From positions 32,949-96,948 of the forward strand of contig VXRL01000040.1 in assembly GCA_009838515.1 (NCBI GenBank): a stretch of 64,000 nt of DNA, written 5' to 3'. The notes below the pieces were generated by a model, which did not search any database, was not told the origin of the DNA, and saw nothing but the letters and a program-made list of their open reading frames with translations. The position numbers were made by a program, and so were the translations under genes. Source of the stretch: Terriglobia bacterium (lineage in GTDB: Bacteria; Acidobacteriota; Terriglobia; Bryobacterales; UBA6623). Of this stretch, positions 59,268 to 64,000 are shown in pieces. Every line of letters begins with the position of its first letter. Positions within the stretch are counted from its first letter, which is position 1.

Positions 59268-60578
59268 TCACCAAGCGGCGACGCTCCCATCCTCGTGCCA
59301 GACGCGGCTCATGGGCTTGGTGCCCTTGAACGGATGCCGCGCCAGTGCCCGCTCGTCGACCTCGAATCCAAGGCCGGGCTTGTCTGGCAGGGGGAAATAC
59401 CCGTCCACCATTCGCATAGCCGGGAAGCCCAACCAGTCCTGCCACAGCAATTCCTTGAACGTTGGCTCCACGCCGGAGCAGATCTCCTGGACCATGAAGT
59501 TGGGCATCGCCGCGTCCACGTGTAGAGTCGCAATGCCCCCGATGGGTCCCTCGCAGGCATGCGGGGCCATGTAGCATCCCGAGGCCTCGGCCATCGCGCC
59601 CACCTTCCAGAGGGCAGTGATTCCTCCCACATGGTTGATGTCGCACTGGAGAATGTCCACAGTGCCGTCCTCCAGCAGCTGCTGGGTGGAGTAGTGCGCC
59701 ACGAGCCGCTCGCCTGTGGCGATCGGGACCGTGGTTCTACGCGCGATCCGAGCCATCGCCTTGTAGTTCTCCGGGGGGCACGGCTCCTCGATGAACATTA
59801 GGTGGAGCGGCTCGACCTCCCTGCAGATGATCGAGGCTACGGTCGGGCTGGTCTTGGCGTGGAAGTCGATGCCGATGTCGATCCCGTCCCCGAGTCCTTC
59901 ACGGAGCATCTGGATTCGCTGGACCGCGTCGTTGATCCGCTGGTTGGTCTCGATCCACTCATAGTATCCGGAGATCCCACTCTTGAACGCCGTGATCCCG
60001 AGATCATCCGCGGACTCGCGCAGCGCGGCGAGCTGCTCGGGCGTGTTTGCCCGGACATGGTAGTAGCCGCGGACGCCGCGGGGATCGACGGGCCCTCCCA
60101 GCATGCGGTACACCGGCTGGCCGAGCACTTTCCCACGGATGTCCCACAGTGCCTGGTCGATGCCGGCAATCGCCGAGCCGAGGATGGGCCCAGCGCGGTA
60201 GAACGCGTGGATGTACATGCTCTGCCAGATGTGCTCGACACGCATGGGGTCCTGGCCGATGTAGAACTCCTTGAGGTCGTCGATGGTCTGCAGGACGGCG
60301 CCAGCCTTGCCTTCTAAAGTGGCCTCTCCCCAACCGACGACGCCCTGGTCTGTCTCCAGCTTGACGAACACGTACGGGCGGTCGGAGTCGTCTTCCCACG
60401 TAACACCGAACGTCTTAAAGCCGGTGATACGAATCGGACCGGGCGCTGCCGCGAGGGCCGCGGCGGCAACGGGAGCGCACCCGCACCCGGGGAGCGCCGC
60501 CGCATGTCGACCCGCTCCGGCGACCGCAGACGAAGCGCCCGCCATCACGGCTCCTCCGAAGAACTGGCGTCGGTTCAT
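59268..60578 (-). CDS. Enolase-superfamily dehydratase-like protein with Tat-type signal
   Basis: MNRRQFFGGAVMAGASSAVAGA. VFVKLETDQGVVGWGEA. GIDFHAK, FIEEPCPP, ATGERLV, QCDINHVGGI. The start overlaps the upstream gene's stop by 4 nt. Confidence 0.85.
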   Translation of the reverse strand: MNRRQFFGGAVMAGASSAVAGAGRHAAALPGCGCAPVAAAALAAAPGPIRITGFKTFGVTWEDDSDRPYVFVKLETDQGVVGWGEATLEGKAGAVLQTIDDLKEFYIGQDPMRVEHIWQSMYIHAFYRAGPILGSAIAGIDQALWDIRGKVLGQPVYRMLGGPVDPRGVRGYYHVRANTPEQLAALRESADDLGITAFKSGISGYYEWIETNQRINDAVQRIQMLREGLGDGIDIGIDFHAKTSPTVASIICREVEPLHLMFIEEPCPPENYKAMARIARRTTVPIATGERLVAHYSTQQLLEDGTVDILQCDINHVGGITALWKVGAMAEASGCYMAPHACEGPIGGIATLHVDAAMPNFMVQEICSGVEPTFKELLWQDWLGFPAMRMVDGYFPLPDKPGLGFEVDERALARHPFKGTKPMSRVWHEDGSVAAW

Positions 60579-61729
60579 GCGGCGTACTCCTGCAATGCGG
60601 CCTCGTCAATCTCGAGCCCAAGTCCCGGACCCGTCGGCAGCGTGAAAAATCCGTTGGCGACCTGTGGCACGGACTCTCCGGCAATCGCGGCGTGCATCTT
60701 CCGCTCCGCTTCGTCCGTCGAATAGGCCACTTCCTGAACCACGAAGTTGGGGATCGACGCTGCGACCTGCAGCGCTGCGGCGGTGCCGATGGGTCCGCCT
60801 CGATGGAACGGCGCCACCGCCGTGTAATAGGCCTCCGCCAGCGAAGCCAACTGGCGCACGCCGCTGATTCCATGAAGTCCGATGTCCGGCCTGAGCACGT
60901 CGACGACCTGCATGCGCAGCAGATCTTGGAATCGACCGCTGGAAGTGAGAAACCTGCCCCATCCGAGTGGCGTGACGGATTCGTGCGAGATTTTCTGCAG
61001 CGCGGAGTCGCTGATCGGGGTGGTCGGCTCATCCATCCACATCAGATGGAACGTCTCAAGGCGCGCGGCCAGTCCGGCCGCCTCGGCGCCAGTGGTGCGT
61101 CCGGCACAGTCGAGGACGAGGTCCGTGGCGCCAGCCTGACGCAGCCGCCGGAGCATGGCTTCGGTGTTGGCGAAGAACTCCCTTCCCCGAGTGGGGGTTC
61201 CCTGAGGAAGCAGCGCAGGCACCGAGAACGCCCGGAAGCCGGAATTCCGGGCAGCGGAGACCTGCTGGCCCAGTTCCGCTTCGCTGCTCCCTTGCAGCGA
61301 GGCCATGGCCCGCGCCTTGTCGCGGGTCCGCCCCGCAAGCAGGTCATACACCGGGGCATCCGCAATCTTCCCCCGCACGTCCAGGAGAGCGATGTCGACT
61401 GCGCCGCGAATTGCCGGTGCGGCTGCAGACAGGGAGACGCGGACGGCCACGCTCGCCATGGCGTCCTTGCCGACCAACGCGTTGGCATACCGCTGTGCCT
61501 CAGCGACTGACGAGGCGGGATCCGCACCGGCGCTGGTCTCTCCGTAGCCGGTCACTCCTGCATTGGTGCGCAAGGCGATGACCAGCCGCGGGACAGCCTC
61601 CGCACTCGAGCGGATCGCCCAAGCATCCAGACCGCTGATAGCGATCTCAGGGGTCGTGCCTGTGGCCGCCGGGGTGCCCGCCGCCAGCGACGCCAATCCG
61701 AACAGCTTCTTCGACCGATCAGACGACAT
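60575..61729 (-). CDS. Divergent enolase-superfamily paralog (third metal ligand apparently missing)
   Basis: VLDCAGRT, WMDEPTTP, but PLGWGRF where the paralogs have ATGERL. RPDIGLHGISG. Signal-like N-terminus MSSDRSKKLFGLASLAAGTPAA. Confidence 0.75.
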   Translation of the reverse strand: MSSDRSKKLFGLASLAAGTPAATGTTPEIAISGLDAWAIRSSAEAVPRLVIALRTNAGVTGYGETSAGADPASSVAEAQRYANALVGKDAMASVAVRVSLSAAAPAIRGAVDIALLDVRGKIADAPVYDLLAGRTRDKARAMASLQGSSEAELGQQVSAARNSGFRAFSVPALLPQGTPTRGREFFANTEAMLRRLRQAGATDLVLDCAGRTTGAEAAGLAARLETFHLMWMDEPTTPISDSALQKISHESVTPLGWGRFLTSSGRFQDLLRMQVVDVLRPDIGLHGISGVRQLASLAEAYYTAVAPFHRGGPIGTAAALQVAASIPNFVVQEVAYSTDEAERKMHAAIAGESVPQVANGFFTLPTGPGLGLEIDEAALQEYAA

Positions 61730-61763
61730 GGCTCACGCGTGGTTGGCATTGTACCGCCCAAAG

Positions 61764-62657
61764 TCAGACCTTGCGCGATGCTCGTCGCCTTGGGACCGGG
61801 GAATTTAGAGTCAATTCGGAGTCAGTGGCGGTCCACAGCGAGGCCGGGCGCCCGCTGCGAGTCCTCGGCCGGCTAGGTGCGCGTTGGAACACCTCTTCAG
61901 GCCAAGGAGCAGCCATCTCCGCGCTTGCAACTACCTCGTCCGCGGCGTCCCAATTCGCCTGGGCCTGCTCGAAGCCAGTCTCCTGAGCCATGACATCCCG
62001 CGCCGCTGGCTCGCCGGCCGATAGCACTGACCGGCCCACTCTCTGGAACGAACGGTTCTCGCGCACTTTGCGCTGAAAATTCCCAGGATCGAGCCGGGTG
62101 TTCCAAATAGTCTCGTAGACCTTCCGGAGTTCGCTGATGGTGAATTCCGAGGCACAAAATCTCGCTGCGAGTGCGGTGTACTCAAGCTTCGCCCGGACGC
62201 GCTCCAAGGCATCGGAGACGATCGCCCCGTGATCGAACGCCAGCTCGATATCGCCATCCTCGATCTCTGCCGCGGGCACGAGTTCCGCCCGCGCGGCATC
62301 GCTACCGCCCACGGGCGAGGGAAGTTCAGCACAAGCTCCCCAGTAGGCGACAGTGACTACTCGCATGCGCGGATCCCGTCCCGGCGAGCCGTAGCTGCGC
62401 AGCTGTTCCAGGTAGACGGAGTCTTCGGTAACGCCCGTCTCTTCGGCAAGCTCGCGGGCTGCCGCGGCATCTAGGCCCTCGTCGGGTTGAACGAAACCGC
62501 CGGGCAGGGCCCAAGCGCCCGCGAAGGGTTCGATTCCCCGCTGGATCAGCAAGACATGGAGCTTGTCCCGTCGAATCGCGAACAGCGCCACATCGACAGT
62601 GACCGCGACCGGAGGGTAGTCGCCAGGGTTGTAGTCGAAACCGCCGTCGGAACTCAT
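61764..62657 (-). CDS. Nudix-domain transcriptional regulator, NrtR-like (Nudix plus C-terminal winged helix)
   Basis: ORF trimmed to the ATG at 62657 (GGAGG upstream). Intact Nudix box GGFVQPDEGLDAAAARELAEETGV. NrtR-type C-terminus LAFDHGAIVSDALERVRAKLEYTALAARFCASEFTISELRKVYETIWNTRLDPGNFQRKV. Confidence 0.8.
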   Translation of the reverse strand: MSSDGGFDYNPGDYPPVAVTVDVALFAIRRDKLHVLLIQRGIEPFAGAWALPGGFVQPDEGLDAAAARELAEETGVTEDSVYLEQLRSYGSPGRDPRMRVVTVAYWGACAELPSPVGGSDAARAELVPAAEIEDGDIELAFDHGAIVSDALERVRAKLEYTALAARFCASEFTISELRKVYETIWNTRLDPGNFQRKVRENRSFQRVGRSVLSAGEPAARDVMAQETGFEQAQANWDAADEVVASAEMAAPWPEEVFQRAPSRPRTRSGRPASLWTATDSELTLNSPVPRRRASRKV

Positions 62658-62754
62658 CGGACACCTCCCACTTGAATACTGACACACCCGCCGTTGCGCG
62701 TACGACCGCGAGCGGACACCCTGCGACACCCCCAGAAAAAATCTTTCCGTCAGT

Positions 62755-62820
62755 TATTGACAATACAACAATAATCTTGCATACTTATTGTCAGAGTGAT
62801 AATATCATTCTGACAATAAG
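62755..62820. promoter_or_regulatory. Operator/promoter region: 37-bp near-perfect palindrome plus 11-bp palindrome sharing the half-site TTATTG(T/A)CA
   Basis: 62784-62820 CTTATTGTCAGAGTGATAATATCATTCTGACAATAAG (17 of 18 symmetric pairs). 62755-62765 TATTGACAATA. TTGACA (62758-62763), 17 nt, CATACT lies just upstream of the large palindrome. AT-rich island in GC-rich DNA between divergent genes. Confidence 0.6.
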
Positions 62821-62849
62821 TCTTGGGACACATGCAAAGGAGGAAAGCC

Positions 62850-63809
62850 ATGACCAACCGCTCACATCTTCCAAATCTCGAAACCGCTGCCATCGGCAGT
62901 CCGATCACGCGGCTCGGGGTCTCGTTCTTCCCCATCTACTTGATGGATGCCGAACTTCCCGAAGTCTCGACCGGGCAGGACTCGGGCCTCGTCATCAAGG
63001 AGCTCGAAAACCCGGCCGTCCCGACGCTGCTGGCGCACAACCCCACTCGCAAGCCGATCTTGGTTGTCGAAGGGCAGCACTTTCTGGGCGGCAAGCAGAA
63101 CCGAACGATCAATGGGACCGTGCTTGTTCCCGCCATGACCAAGCTGGAAATCCCGGTCTCGTGTCTTGAGGAGGGACGCTGGGGACGCGCAGAGGCGTAT
63201 CGGCAAGCCGAGACCTTCGCTCCCCGCACGGTGCGCCTGCGGAAAGAGGAGTTTGTGAACCAGACCATGCGCCACCGCGGGTCGCGACGGGGCGATCAGG
63301 GCGCCGTCTGGAACGAGGTCGCCGACGTACTGCAGGCCGCGGAGGCTCACTCGGAGACCTCTGCGGCGTCTGTCATCGACGACGTCTACCGTCGGGAGAG
63401 CCAACGGGGCGAGGCACTCGCGGATCTCGTCCAGCGAGGGCCGCTTCCGCGCCAGACCGGGATCGCCGTCACGCACGGGCGCTGGGTAGCAGCGATCGAG
63501 CTGTTCGGCTCGCCGGAACTGCTCAAGGCGCACTGGGAGGCATTGATCCGGTCGTACCTGCTGGAGAGCGTTAGGGCGCTGGGGCGCCCTTCTCCGACGA
63601 GAGTGCTCCGCATTCTCAGGCGCTTCGGGTCGCTCAAGTCACAGAATGCACCGGGGGTTGGTCTCGGAATGGATCAGCGAGTGGAGGACCGTAGGATCGT
63701 GGGGCAGGCGTTGACACTCGATGGGACGATCGTACATGGCAGCGCCTTTGCTCGCTCCTCGGATGACCTGGAGCATCCGACCATGACAGCGGCCTATCAC
63801 CAAGCATGA
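62850..63809 (+). CDS. ARPP-1/DUF6569-like protein (tentative family assignment)
   Basis: ORF 62823.. trimmed to the ATG at 62850 (AGGAGG upstream). ILVVEGQHFLGGKQNRTINGTVLVPAMTKLEIPVSCLEEGRWG and later DQGAVWNEV...TGIAVTHGRWVAAIELFGSPELLKAHWEALIRSYLLES match my memory of the ARPP-1 family pattern (GEELVGAKQNR...IPVSCVEQGRW). Not verified by search. Confidence 0.55.
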   Translation: MTNRSHLPNLETAAIGSPITRLGVSFFPIYLMDAELPEVSTGQDSGLVIKELENPAVPTLLAHNPTRKPILVVEGQHFLGGKQNRTINGTVLVPAMTKLEIPVSCLEEGRWGRAEAYRQAETFAPRTVRLRKEEFVNQTMRHRGSRRGDQGAVWNEVADVLQAAEAHSETSAASVIDDVYRRESQRGEALADLVQRGPLPRQTGIAVTHGRWVAAIELFGSPELLKAHWEALIRSYLLESVRALGRPSPTRVLRILRRFGSLKSQNAPGVGLGMDQRVEDRRIVGQALTLDGTIVHGSAFARSSDDLEHPTMTAAYHQA

Positions 63810-64000
63810 TGCCGGTTGCCTACCGGCTCTGATGCGATCCCGCAGAGTTGGTCGCACGTTGCCTGAATGGCGGAGTTCTGCCAGAGAGCTAAGGCCTCTT
63901 GGCCGGACTCCGTTGCCAGATCCCAAGACAGCGCCTTGGGCTAGATCAGGGATCGGTCGACCGGAGCGGTTGCGATGGTCACGGCTGACGCTTCTCCTCC

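Noticed and set aside
58126-59574. 482-aa ORF on the plus strand overlapping the enolase-superfamily gene in another frame and running antisense into the next gene
   Set aside because: The translation is Arg/Gly/Pro/Ala-rich low complexity, typical of off-frame ORFs in high-GC DNA. The overlapping frames carry clear enolase-superfamily motifs, and this ORF has none.
1-64000. Looked for CRISPR arrays, rRNA genes, IS elements or transposases, and phage genes across the window
   Set aside because: I saw no regularly spaced direct repeats, no rRNA-like sequence, and no transposase, integrase or phage structural motifs in any ORF translation. This was inspection by eye only, so short or degenerate elements could have been missed.

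Overview
High-GC bacterial chromosomal segment. The gene content, especially two carboxypeptidase-regulatory-domain TonB-dependent receptors with CRTAC1/ASPIC and TPR partners, looks Acidobacteriota-like, but this is an inference. I call about 41 intact protein genes, one tRNA-Val(GAC), 4 pseudogene fragments, and a few hairpins and operators. All family calls rest on motifs I recognised by eye in the supplied translations. No searches were run.

Layout:
- 0.2-12.1 kb: two paralogous TonB-dependent receptors bracket a CRTAC1/ASPIC FG-GAP protein and an 868-aa TPR protein.
- 13-44 kb: an accessory-looking region with seven Cys-type (C-x-P-x-R) sulfatases. They are interspersed with exported hydrolases, a decayed toxin-antitoxin patch, a YHYH-protein cluster, an orphan CbiO-like ATPase and a doubly membrane-anchored CobN-family protein.
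- 48-58 kb: housekeeping genes (miaB, a bifunctional nuclease, lepB, carA, carB, purH).
- 58-64 kb: three enolase-superfamily paralogs, then a Nudix/NrtR-like regulator transcribed divergently from an ARPP-1/DUF6569-like gene across a 37-bp near-perfect palindrome.

Most worth a second look:
1. The NrtR-like / palindrome / ARPP-1-like locus, which is cut by the window edge.
2. The YHYH / His-rich / YHYH exported cluster with shared low-complexity and helical tails.
3. The CobN-family protein predicted to face the periplasm, with no CobS/CobT partner.
4. The Tat-signal-bearing enolase-superfamily triad.
5. Nested toxin-antitoxin decay, including a PIN gene that appears disabled by one deleted base in its catalytic Asp codon.
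6. A diverged in-frame duplicate of a gene 5' end flanking an aminotransferase-sulfatase insert.

I saw no CRISPR array, rRNA, transposase or integrase.
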